Notes under the pieces: model-generated
What the model was told of the DNA's origin: nothing
What the model saw: only the letters and a program-made list of their open reading frames with translations
Databases searched by the model: none
Position numbers and translations under genes: made by a program
Shown here: positions 1 through 10,849 of the stretch, one piece after another
Position numbering within the stretch: the first letter of the stretch is position 1
How the letters are laid out: every line of letters starts with the position of its first letter
Assembly (NCBI GenBank): GCA_026770705.1
Contig: JANJGN010000026.1
Location: 35,030,001-35,094,000 of the forward strand
Reading direction: 5' to 3'
DNA: 64,000 bases
Source: Isurus oxyrinchus
Lineage: Eukaryota

Positions 1-83
1 TGACATTGGTGTTTTGATATGTGAATCAATGAACGCGAAATCCACTCGATGGTCGGAACTTCTAGAACGGATTGAACATAATC

Positions 84-153
84 CGCCAGCAGAGGGCGCC
101 AAACCCAAGCATGCTAATTAGAATGTCACGTGTCATCAAAGCTAAAGCCAATA
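84..153 (+). promoter_or_regulatory. CTCF-like motif, E-box and CCAAT upstream of family-A V pseudogene
   Basis: CGCCAGCAGAGGGCGCC at 84-100, then TCACGTG and GCCAAT. The same arrangement occurs at 60088-60160 and, inverted, at 43540-43606. Confidence 0.6.
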
Positions 154-169
154 AAGATGGTACCCTGAG

Positions 170-450
170 TAAGGTCTGTCAGAGTGAGAGGTCGCCCATT
201 TAAAACAGGGATGAAGAGGAATTTCTTCCCTCAGTGATGGTGAATCTGTTTATCCCAAAGGACTGCAGAAGCAGGGCCGTTAAATATATCCAAGGCCGAG
301 GACAGATTTTTAATCAGTAGGAGAATCAAGGGTTATGGGGAAAAGGCAGGAAACTGGAGTTGCATATTATGAGATCAGCCATGCTCTCGTTGAATGGCGG
401 AGCAGATTGGTGGACTGAATGGCCTATTTCTGCACTTATAGTCTTATGGC
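170..450 (+). mobile_element. CR1-type LINE 3' fragment inserted in V promoter
   Basis: Matches CR1 3'-end text seen elsewhere in the window (aggaatttcttc...gtgaatctg...ggttatggggaaaaggcagg...gaatggccta). Also present at ~60170-60460 but absent from the paralog at ~43500-43530. Confidence 0.6.
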
Positions 451-576
451 AACAGTGGGCCTGGCCCCCTGCAGTGTGTGGGTGGAACAATGAGATGAAC
501 AGAGCCCGGGTTCGCTCTCTCCTTCTCAATCTCTGGAACTTTCCATTCACATTCACTGAGAGAGTTTCACTCAGTC

Positions 577-1077
577 ATGTTTCTGATAATACTGGCGGCT
601 CTGTTGGACAGTAAGTGCTGGATTATGTTTATCAATATAGATTAGCAGGTTGGTCCAAAGAGCTTGTACTAGGAATTAATGTAGGTAATCATAGTTTGGT
701 AAATTGGAATTTACGAATACTCATAGAGTTCGATTGAGTCTCTTTAAATTTCTGCTCTTTTCTTCATCTATTTTCACAGGCAGACTATGTGCAGATCCAG
801 TAACGTAATCACCGGTGACATTAACTGCGCTGGAAGGGGACTCGGTGCAGTTAGATTGTATATATACAGTATGCAATGGTATCGGCAGAAACCGGCACAA
901 ACTGTAAGTTGGGTAATCAACAAACTAATAGGACTGAAAATAGTTGAAATCTCAGGACGATAACTGACGGCTGCTGACGCATCTAAGAAGTCCCGTTATC
1001 TCAAAATAAGTGGCCTGAGTGCGGAGAGCGCTCTGAGGCCCAGTGTCAGTTAAAAGCCGAAAACCTGTACAGAAAAC
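577..1077 (+). pseudogene. TCR V pseudogene, family A
   Basis: Leader 577-610 (MFLIILAALLD|gtaagt), acceptor ttttcacag at 779. Exon reads ADPVT*SPVTLTALEGDSVQLDC..MQWYRQKPAQ..SGR*..YLKISGLS with stops, a frameshift and YYC deleted. RSS CCCAGTG-23-ACAGAAAAC at 1039-1077. Confidence 0.85.
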
Positions 1078-1599
1078 TCAGCGAGTATTCACTACTCAGC
1101 TAAGTGTTTTTAATGTCTATCTGCGACTTTAGTTTGCTCCCGAGCTCACAGAGAACAAGAGCTGACAGGTTTATTTTGAAACGTTTGTATTGTTGTATTC
1201 GGCCTTGTCCAAATCAGCAGAGAGCCGGCCTGGGAAATTTTGAGACTCGACTCCATGGCCCGAGTTATAGCTCTTCAGTAAATGTCTCGGAGCTTACCCG
1301 AACATTTGATGTACCAAAAGATGTAGAGAAAGCTCACAGGCATGGAATAACTATAGCTGATCATTATGGTCTGTTCTCCCACACAGTTAACTCAACGGGA
1401 TCTTGGGACACTTGGTTGACACCACTCGTTACTGTAACAAAACAAAGAAGGTGTCAAAGTCTGGAATTGAATTTAACACATGAAATAGACAATGACGCTT
1501 TAAATATAGAATTAACAAACAGCATGACCGTTATCAGAAAGGGCCGTAGAGAGTACGTAGTGTCTGGTGTAGACTTCGACAGACAGTAACTGAATTTTA

Positions 1600-2735
1600 A
1601 ACGGCTTTTCAGGTGAGGAAGTGAGGTGATCGTGACTACCATTGATATCAAGGCCACATTTGATGGATTGTGACTTCAAGGAGCCCTAGCAAAACTGGAG
1701 TCAATGAGAATCAGGAGAAAATTCTCCGCTGGTTGGAGTCATACTTAACACAAAGGAGGATAGTTGTGGTTGTTGCAGGTCAGTCATCTCAGCTACAGGA
1801 GTTCCTCAGGGTAGTGTCCTAGGTCCAACCATCTTTAGCTGCTTCATCAATGAACTTCCTTCCATCATAAGGTCAGAAGTGGAGATGTACGCTGATGATT
1901 GCAAAATGTTCAGCAATTCGTGACTCCTCAGATACTGAAGCAGTCCATGTCCAAATGCAACAAGGCCTGGATAATATCCAGGCTTGGGCTGAAAAGTGGC
2001 AAGTAACATTCACACCACACAACTGACAAGCAATGACCATCTCCAACAAGGGAGAATCGCCTTTGATGTTCAACGGTATTACCACCGCTGAATCCCGCAC
2101 TAGGCACACCCTGGGGGCTACTATTGACCAGGAACTGAACTGGACTAGCCATATAAATACTGGCTACAAAAGCAGTTCAGAGGCTAGTAATCCTGTGGCA
2201 AATAACTCACCTTCTGACACACCAATACCTGTCCACTATCTGCAAGGCACGAGTGAGGAGTGTGATGGAATAGTCCCCACTTGCATGGATGAGTGGAGCT
2301 CCAACAACACCCAGGAAACTTGACACCATCCAGGACAAAGGAGCCCACTTGATTGGCACCACATCCAAAAACATTGAATCCCTCCACTACGTGGCACAGT
2401 AGCAGCAGGGTGTACTATCTACGAAATGCACTGCAGGAACTCATCAAGGCGCCTTAGACAGCACCTTCCAAACCCACGACGACTACCACCTAGAAGGACA
2501 AGGACAACAGATAGATGGGAACACCACCGCCTGGAATTTCCCCTCCAAGTCACACACCAACTTGACTTTGAAATATATCGCCTTTCCTTCACTATTGCTG
2601 TGTCAAAATCCTGGAACTCCTTTCCTAGCAGCAGCACGAGTGCACCTTCACCACAGGGACTGCAACAGTTCGAGAAGGCAGCACACATTCTCAACGGTTA
2701 TTAGGGACAGGCAATAAATTCTGGCCCAGCAGGCA
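1600..2735 (+). mobile_element. CR1/L2-clade LINE 3' fragment (degenerate reverse transcriptase plus tail)
   Basis: GVPQGSVLGPTIFSCFINELP..MYADDC RT motifs and WAEKWQVTF, broken by frameshifts. 3' tail ttagggacaggcaataaa shared with SINEs in the window. Confidence 0.85.
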
Positions 2736-2871
2736 TCCTGTAAAATTACAATTCAGCATCGTACAAGATAATACAATATAGCAAAGTCCAGCAGAAGATA
2801 ACGGATCTGATGAGTGAAATATTGCTGTCAGAAATAGAGATCACCCTCATGCGTTGGAAAGAGTAAGATAC

Positions 2872-2908
2872 CCAGGAATGTGATCACTAAAGTGAAGCTC
2901 AGATTCAT
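2872..2908 (-). pseudogene. Orphan family-C leader exon (V exon missing)
   Basis: MNLSFTLVITFL+G|gtatct, homologous to the leader at 9406-9442. The downstream intron runs into the LINE with no V exon. Degraded copies at ~15036-15073 and ~62879-62915. Confidence 0.6.
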
Positions 2909-3169
2909 GCGTCGGCTGTTATCGACTTGTATCTACAGGGACAGTCTTACATCTGTTTTCAGGCAATTGATGAATCAGAAGATTCAAATCAAGAGAGGGA
3001 CCTGGCGAAGGCATCACTGTTGTGTAATCAAACTGAACTCAACATCAATTACACTTTGTCTGGAGGACTCGGGTCTCTAGGACTTGTCATCACAAAGTGA
3101 AGCTTTGAGGGAGCTTCAGCATTTATGGAGTGTGGGGGAGAGGGGTGCTCATGCGTCAGAGTAACCGCC

Positions 3170-3270
3170 AGTGTGACGTAATTCTGCGGCCTGCGTGACG
3201 TAGGTCTGTCTGTGTAACATCACCTTGTAAACTTTGTGACGTCATCCGACAGACTGTGTGACGTCAGGCT
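3170..3270. promoter_or_regulatory. Cluster of CRE/ATF-like TGACGT(C/A) motifs upstream of family-C leader
   Basis: Four TGACGT sites in ~100 bp, two of them full TGACGTCA. Copies at ~9100-9160 (inverted), 15338-15432 and 63137-63210. Confidence 0.55.
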
Positions 3271-3399
3271 GTCTGGTTTGTGGAACAGAAACATTTTTCC
3301 TCGGAGCTGATCTGAATATCGAATCCTGAGTTTAAGGGAAATAAAACAGGAAACAGGAACAGGAAAGGCGGTTTAACCTGTAGATTCATTTGGTGATCG

Positions 3400-3560
3400 A
3401 TCTGTCGGTAGGGCTGGGATCTGCAGTTTGTTTTCTCGGCCGCTGTTGGAAACAGTTGGGTGACAGTTTGATCCGAAATGAATGTGGTTTCCTCTCGGTT
3501 TGTGTTTGAGCAGCTGACAGCGCCGCTGAACCTTGTGGCTGCACCTGCTCGAGATTTGAT
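3400..3560 (-). promoter_or_regulatory. Conserved V-downstream module, copy 1 of 8 (RUNX/ETS/MYB/E-box motifs)
   Basis: CAGGTG...GAGGAAACCACA...GATCAAAC...CAACTGTTTCC. Other copies at ~8815-8975, 10685-10835, 15575-15725, 24005-24110, 35160-35315, 57520-57665 and 63345-63495. Confidence 0.55.
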
Positions 3561-3599
3561 GCAAGCCCCATCAGACAGGATCTGCCAGACACAGCCCAA

Positions 3600-3918
3600 A
3601 GTACCCGGATGAGACTGATTTTCATCGTAAACTCCGGCTGCGAGTCCTCCTTCGGACCAACTCGTCAAAGTTAACTTTCTCCGCTCAGGGAGAGAGATGT
3701 TACTGCCTGAAAGGTGCTTTTGCTATTTTCTTGCCTCAGCAATTGCCTGAAAACAGGTGTAAGACTGCCCCTGTAAATACAGCCAGATCGAGGCCAGCCA
3801 GTAACAGAATAAAACACAGTTCACCCCATGTAGTGTCATAAATGATACTTAAAGCAGCCACTTCTCTTTCGTCGAAGCAAGTGAGGACAGTAGCTGAAAG
3901 AAAACATCTCCATGACTT
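3600..3918 (-). pseudogene. Rearranged TRDV-like pseudogene, family B, 5' end truncated by a CR1 insertion
   Basis: SHGDVF..LSS..KEVAALSIIYDTTWG..F(C/W)YW FR1/CDR1 relic homologous to the genes at 24378 and 35400-35700. Carries an internal insertion and a 3' deletion. Confidence 0.65.
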
Positions 3919-3919
3919 A

Positions 3920-4990
3920 TGTGAACATTTAAATCCATCTTAAATGTTGCTAGAGTTTCTGACTCAACAACCTTTTCAGGCAGTGAGTTCCAAATTCCTA
4001 CCACCCTCTGGGTGAAAAAGATTCTCCTCAACTCACCTCTTAGCCTTCTACCTCATATCTAAAATCTCTGCTCTCTGGCTTCTGACCCCTCTACTAATGG
4101 AAAAGGTGCCTTACTATCCACCCTGTCTATGCCCCTCAGCACCCCCTCAACTATCATTGCTCCAAGGAAAACAGCCCCAGCCTATCCAATCTTTCCTCAT
4201 AGCTCAGACCCTCCAGCCCAGTAAGCATCCTGGTAAATCTCCTCTGCACTCTTTCCAGTGCAGTCATATACTTCCTACAAATATGGTGACCAGAACTTCA
4301 CGCAGTGCTCCAGTTGAGGCCTAACCAACGTTTGATACAGTTCCAGCATAACCTCCCTGCTCTTGTGTTTTATGCCTCAGCTAATAAAGGCAAGTAACCC
4401 ATATGCCTTCTTAACCACCTCATCTACATGCCGTTCTACCTTCAGGAATCTGTGGATAGGCACACAAAGGTTTGAGTGAGGGATATTCTGGTCCATGAGA
4501 TTACAGGGTGTGATTGAATGCAACTCTCCTGCTGTTAATGACCAACAGTATCTCGTTAATGCTAAGTTTTGAGCTGCTAGATCTGTTCTGAATGTATCCC
4601 GTTTAGCACAGCGGCAGTGCCGCACAACACAATGGAGAATGTGCTCAGTGTGAATACCAGCCCGGGTTTCCACAAGGACAGTCCAGGGGTCAATCACATC
4701 GATGTCAATAGTGTGGTGGGCAGAGATCATGTAAGGGTTTTCCTTGTGTTGGCTCTCTAACCATCTGTGGCAGGTCCATTCTGGCAGATACGTCATTCAG
4801 GACTCATCCAGCTCCGGCATTTGTGGTCTTGTCAGATGGTAATTGATTTTGCAAATTCTAAGCACATTCATTGCCCTTGCTACCCTCAGTGTTTCTTCCA
4901 CGCAGTGCTAAAGATGAAGGAGTACAGATTCATCAGCTGAGGGAAGGCAGTAGGTGGTAATCACCAGGAGGTATCTCCACCCAGATCTTA
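3920..4990 (-). mobile_element. CR1-type LINE fragment followed by a second LINE fragment
   Basis: RRIFFTQRVVGIWNSLP and HVDEVVKKAYGLLAFIS are typical CR1 ORF2 C-terminal motifs. 4500-4990 looks like a different degraded LINE piece. Confidence 0.7.
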
Positions 4991-4999
4991 TCTGGTTCT

Positions 5000-6385
5000 G
5001 TGGGACTTCATTATGGTGTCAATATTGCTGCTCTCCACATTGTCTCTGTTCATATTACACTCAGTCTGTCTCATTGTTACTGCTCTAGTCCATGCTTCTG
5101 TTTCTGTTTCTGTAATACGAGACCCTGTCTCAGTATTGCTGCTCTCCACCATGCCTCTGTTCAAACTACACTGGGCCTGTCTCACTGTTACTGCTGTAGT
5201 CCATGTTTCTGGTTCTGTAACACTGGACTCTGTCTCAGTTATTGCTGCTCTCCATTGTTCATATTTTACTGGGCCTGTCTCATTGTTACTGTCCTAGTCC
5301 ATGTTTCTGTTTCTGTAACATTAGGTCCTGTCTCAGTTATTTATCTAATTGTCCTCTGTTTATATTACATTAGTATATTCCCTTACTTTATTGCATAAGA
5401 CCCTGGAAATAGGAGTTAAATGGTTGAATTTAAACAGCTGCAAGATAGGAGAGGTCTGCAGATCATGAACACAAATCTGGGATGTAGTGAGGACAAGTCA
5501 AATCATCTAAATAGGCACCCATGTTAATTATTCCCACCATCTTGCTGCCTTATCTTTACTATTTCCACCCCAGCCAATTTCCACATTATTGCACTTGTGC
5601 AGTGCAGTAATAACTGAGGCAGGGTCTATTGTAATTTAAATACAGATATGATCCAGCACATAACTGAAACAGCGTCTACTGAAATACAGAGACAGTTCTA
5701 GATTAATATATACAGAGACAGGTCAATTATAATATAAACAGAGACAGGGCCTTGTGTATTTGAAGCAAAGACAGGGTCTAGAGTAATATAAACAGAAACA
5801 GGATTCAGTATAATATAGAGACAGGGTCTAGTGTATTATAAACATACAGGACCCAGTTAATATGAACAGGGGCAAGGCCTAGTGCAATATAATCAGAGAC
5901 CGGATCTAATGTAATATAAACAGAGACAGTGTCTAGTGCAAAATAAACAGAGACATGTCGAGTCTAATATTAACAGAGAAATGCCAAGTGTAATATAAAC
6001 AGTGACGTATCAAGTGCAATACAAACAGGGGCAGGGCCTAGTATAATATAAACAGAGACAAGGCCTAATGTAATGTAAACCGAGACAGGGATCAGTGTAA
6101 CATAAACAGAAACAGGGCCTAGTGTAATATAAACAGGGGCAGGGCCGAGTGCAATATAAACAGAGACAACGTCTCATGCAATATAAACAGAGACATGTCG
6201 AATATAATACAAATTGACATGTTGATTGTCATATAAACAGGGACAGGGCCTAGTGCAATATAAAGAGAGACATGTCGAGTGCAATAGAAACAGGGACAGG
6301 GCCTAGTGTAATACAAAGAGAGGCAGGGTCGACTGTAAAAAAAACAGAGACAGGGTCTGGTCGAATGCAATATTGAGACAGGGTC
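5000..6385. repeat. ~30-bp minisatellite arrays in opposite orientations
   Basis: 5600-6385 repeats tataaacagagacagggcctagtgtaa. 5000-5400 has reverse-complement-like units (acactgggcctgtctc..gtt). Confidence 0.8.
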
Positions 6386-7390
6386 TACTGTCCCATCAAA
6401 CACTCCCAGGACAGGTGCAGCATGGGGCTAGGCACAGAATTTAAAGCTACCTCTACATTGTCACATTGAACACTCCCAAGGAAGATACAGCATGGGTTAG
6501 AGAGTGGAAAACTCCCTCGACCCTGTCACCATGAAACACTCTCAGGGCAGATGTAGCATAGGTTAGATACGATTAGACATGGTCTAGTGTAATTCAGAGA
6601 CAAGGCCCACGGCTCTATAAAACAGCCCCAGGGCAGGTGTAGCATGGGGCTACATTAATAATGTAAAGTTCCCTCTACATTGCCACATGAAATTCTCCCA
6701 ATACAGGTATAGCACGGGTTAGATTCAGTGTGAATCTCCCTCGACACTGTCGCCATCAAACATTTCCAGGACAGGTGCAGCACAGTTCAGAAACAGGGTA
6801 AAACTTCCTCTACATTGTCCGCTCAAACACAGTTGAGGCATGTAGGGTAAGGGTTCTATGCAGTGTAAGGTTTCCTCTGCACTCTTCATCAGACATTTCC
6901 CAGGAAGCTCGGCACTGGGGGCAGGTAAAGAGGAAAGCTGCCTCTGCACCATCACATCAGATATTTCCAGGGCTTAGATAAGGGCAAATCCCCTTTTATA
7001 GTATCTACAGCCATGTCAATTATAACATGGTTAAATGCAGAGTAAAGCTCCCTCTAAATGGCCCTATCAATTACTCCCAGGCCAGGTAGTGCACAGTTTA
7101 GATACAGAGTAAATCTCCCTCTACACAGTCATATCAAATACTCCCAGGGCAGTCACAGTACAGGTTAGGTGCAAAGTAAAGCTCCCTCTGCACTCCATCA
7201 GACATTCCAAAGGCAGGAACAGCATGGGTTAGATACAGGGAAAGTTTCTTCGGCAGGGCAACATCAAATCTACGCTACTGGCTGCAACACATGTTAGATA
7301 CAGAGTAAAGTTTCATCTGCAGTTACCCACCAAGCACTCTCAAGTCAGTGAATGCTCAAAACAGATTTAGAATAAAGTTCCCTCTATGGA
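6385..7390 (+). repeat. ~62-65-bp tandem satellite
   Basis: About 15 degenerate units of cccatcaaacactcccagggcaggtacagcacgggttagatacagagtaaagctccctctacactgt. Confidence 0.85.
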
Positions 7391-8457
7391 TTATAATCCA
7401 TTTCATTAGATCAATTTATTTTGAAGTGTATGAACCGGGCTGAGAGAATATATTGGCTAGACATTGACTTCATGTTGTGGAGTAAAGACAGTGACCCATG
7501 GTGGAGAGACAAGACAAATAACCAGAGAGGAGAAAGAGACAGGAAGAGAGAGAGAGAGGATACAGGACATCCCTACAAACACATTTGCCATGACATTATA
7601 TTTCATGATAAGTGGGAATCTTACTTAATTCTGAATATAGATATCATTGTGACATAATTCTCATATAACTGATTTTAAAAATGCTCAAAAAACAATTGCT
7701 ACTGAAAGCGGTTGATGTATTTGCATGTTTGACTCTATTTCTGTGCTGTGTTGATGGAGAAATATTTGCAGTGCTTTTGTGTCTCCAGAATCTAATCTGG
7801 GACTTCTATTTCCGTGTTTATTTACAAAAACGCCTGACTGATTTCAATGAAGTGTTCATGGCAGCAAAACCAGATAAACACAGACACTTATTGATTGGTT
7901 TCAACTCAAAACAAGGGTTTATTTTAAGAATATTGACAGTTGGCACAAAATTAATAGAAACATTTTCAACATCCACTAGAACAGATGTTATTTATTTCAA
8001 ATAATTAAAAATACATTTAAATTAATAATTCAAATCTGAAAGTTCTACTGTCACAATCAATGATGAATATTTGAACAGGTTGGGATTACACTCAATGTCA
8101 ATTTGTTGGAAGATTTAACCGATTAAAAATGGACAATTTAAAATAGCAGCCAGAGGAGCGACCTATAATCATATTAATCTCAGTGTTTTCAACATATCAC
8201 AACTAACATTTTAAAATGTTAACATTTAGGAAGAATTTACATTTATAGAATGCTGCTTATGATCCCATGAAGTCCTAAAGCCCTTGAAATTCGTTGATGT
8301 ACATTTGTTGAAGTTTAGTCACTGCTTTAGTGACCAGGGTATTCCTGACAGGGAACAGTGAAATAAACACATTTCATCTCATTTTCAAAACATTGTTTCA
8401 ATCTGAATTTTAAACACTCTCCTGTATGAGCATTTTCTGTTTGATCATGTGTTTCAG

Positions 8458-8775
8458 GTCTGAGTTATGGAGATCGTTACTCAGATACTGTCCTCAAATG
8501 TTAAGACTGAAGGAGAAGTAGCTGGTTTAAGTTTCACTGATGATATTTCATGGAGTGAATGCGTTTTATTCTGGTACCGGCTGATCCCGATCGGGCTGTA
8601 TTTACAGGGGCAGTCTTCCTCATGTCTGCAGGCAATTGGTGAGACAGACAACAGCAAAAGGACCGTTCAGACAGTCACACCTCTCTCTGAGTTAAGGAAG
8701 TGAACTGTGAAGAGCTCATCAGAAGCAGGGCACAACCGGGGTTTATGTTGGGAAGCAATCTCACTCCCCAGTACT
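8458..8775 (+). pseudogene. Rearranged TRDV-like pseudogene, family B (inverted copy)
   Basis: After tttcag: ...VTQILSSNVKTEGEVAGLSFTDDISWSECVLFWYRL, then an insert, then TQPGFML fused to RSS-spacer-like sequence. Confidence 0.7.
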
Positions 8776-9405
8776 TTGTTCTGTGCTTGGGAGCTCCTGC
8801 CTGTTGGGGTTTGTACAGAATCCAGGGCAGGTGCAGCCATAATGTCCAGCGGCGCTGTCAGTAACTCAAACACGCACTGAGAGAAAACCACATTCACCTC
8901 GGATCAAACCGGCAACAACTGTTTCCAGCAGCGGCCAAGAAAACAGACTGCAGAATCCGACCCTACCGAACACATGTCAAATAAATCTACAGGTTAAACC
9001 ATCTTTCCTGTTTCTGATCAGCTTTTATTTCCCTTAAACTCCGAGCTCGATATTCAGATCAGCTCCGGGCAAGATGTTTCTGATCCTCAAACCAGACCGT
9101 CTGACATCACACTGACTGCAGGACGAAGACGTCTCACAGCTGCAGGGTGACGTCACACAGGCTGTGGGTGGAGTCTTACTGGCGGATGCTCTGACGCATG
9201 CGCACTCCCCTCCCCCACGCCCCATCATGCTGAAGCTCCATCGCAGCTTCAGTTTGTGATCACAAGTCCCAGAGACTCCGGTCTGGCGGACGCAGTGTAA
9301 CTGGTGTTGGGCTCAGTTTGATAGGGCACAGCGCTGCCTCCCCCGACAGCGCCTCTTGGCCTGAATCTGTTGAGAGTTACTTTACTGAAGTCGATAGGGT
9401 CCGAC

Positions 9406-9946
9406 ATGAAGCTGAGCCTCACTTTAGTGATCATCTCCCTGGATTTCTTACTTTTCCCTCCGTGTTAGTGTGCTCACTATTCCTGACCAGAATATTTTAT
9501 ACATCCCTTATGTTGTTTTACATTGTACTTTACTTTATTGTATATCTTCTATTATCTTGTTCTTATTGTGCTATGTTATAGTTTATTGTGCTAGAATAAT
9601 ATTGCTTTCATCTTATTACTCTATATCTACATATTCTTCTCAGACTCCACTGACAGTGAAGAAATGTCACAATCTCCCAAGTCAGTGGTTGCTACCAAAG
9701 GAGAAACTGCATCGTTCAGCTGTTCCATTAGAGTAGGAGGACAGATCCTACACTGGTACAGGCAACACCCGGACAGAATCGTGCAGCACCTGGCCAGTGT
9801 TCGGGACAGGATCACAGCTCGGTTGATTGCAGTAGAGAAGAGCAGTGATCTGAATGTTAGTTTCGCTCGAGTGACAGACACCACCACCTATTTCTGTGCG
9901 GTTGGGACACAGTCCAGCAAAGATCAGTAGAGATCGTACAAACACC
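9406..9946 (+). pseudogene. TCR V, family C: open V exon but leader donor mutated (GT>AT)
   Basis: Leader MKLSLTLVIISL+G|atttct (9406-9442). Exon 9644-9907 DSTDSEEMSQSPKSVVATKGETASFSC..WYRQHP..DTTTYFCAVG. RSS CACAGTC-23-ACAAACACC at 9908-9946. Confidence 0.8.
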
Positions 9947-10849
9947 TGCCAGCGAGATGCTAACGGATTGTAATCGGTACAGACATCAGAGCGGGCAGTC
10001 TCACTCTGGCTAAACAAAAGCAATAAAGGAGCCTCCACAGTGAGAGTCACAGGGACCTTCCTAAAACACCTAATAACAGCAGCAAAGAAGAAGAGCTGAG
10101 GAACACTTGCGCAATTATATTAGTTGATTTCAACTCGAGTTTGTACCATAATCGATTTTCATAAATCAATTTGATCACTTTCATTTACTTATTGCCTTTT
10201 TATGCAGTTTCAGTGCCTGTCTGTAATATTGAACAACTCTTCCCCATTTATACACAATGAACCCAGCTCACCAGGCAGTGACTGTGATGTCTAAAACAAA
10301 CTTCAGATATAGAGTTCACCCACTGACCATTGAGCTTCAGAATGTTCCTTCAATGCTGGAATATTTTCTGTACCCATTAACAATCCCAAATTTGCTAGTG
10401 ATAATGAAAAGATCAGGATTGAACTCCGCGCCTCCCCACCTCCGCCCCCCCCCCCCCCACCCCCCCACCACGCCCATCTCTAAAAGTGCAGGATTTCCCC
10501 TATCTGACTGTAGTCCAGCTCAGGATTTTTCCATTCAATGTCAGTCAGCTCACCACCGAAGGATCTCACGGACCCATGGAGACACAAAGAAGTGAGATGA
10601 AAACTCCCTGACACATAGCAGCAAACTATTAAGGGTGGGGATTGGAATAGGTATCTTCAAATCTGATTCTGTGATGATCTGTCAGTCGGATCGGATTCTG
10701 CAGTTTGTTCTCTCGGTCGCTCCTGGAAACAGTTGGGTGACAGTTTGATCTGAGGTTAAAGTGGTTTCCTCTTGGTGTGTGTTTGAGCGGTTGACAGCAC
10801 CGCTGGACATTCTGGCTGCACCTGCTCGAAATTCGATGCAAAACTCAAC

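Larger units (their letters stand above)
870..3918 (+). repeat. Segmental duplication unit, near-identical to 13031-16080 and more diverged from ~60865-63845
   Basis: Line-by-line near identity, including the same LINE, orphan leader, CRE cluster and family-B pseudogene. Confidence 0.92.

Noticed and set aside
1104-1589. 161-aa ORF repeated at 13264-13749
   Set aside because: Starts at GTG, has no recognisable domain, is conserved only because of the recent duplication, and is truncated in the older copy (61131-61478).
6385-7390. Possible CRISPR-like or RSS array
   Set aside because: Head-to-tail degenerate satellite without unique spacers or heptamer/nonamer pairs; eukaryotic context.
8790-8825. 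ACAGAATCC as the RSS nonamer of family B
   Set aside because: Alignment to 35300-35398 places the true RSS further upstream; this sequence belongs to the downstream flank and has no heptamer at 12 or 23 bp.
10016-10022. Isolated CACAGTG (also ~56850)
   Set aside because: No nonamer at 12 or 23 bp and no adjacent D/J-like coding sequence.
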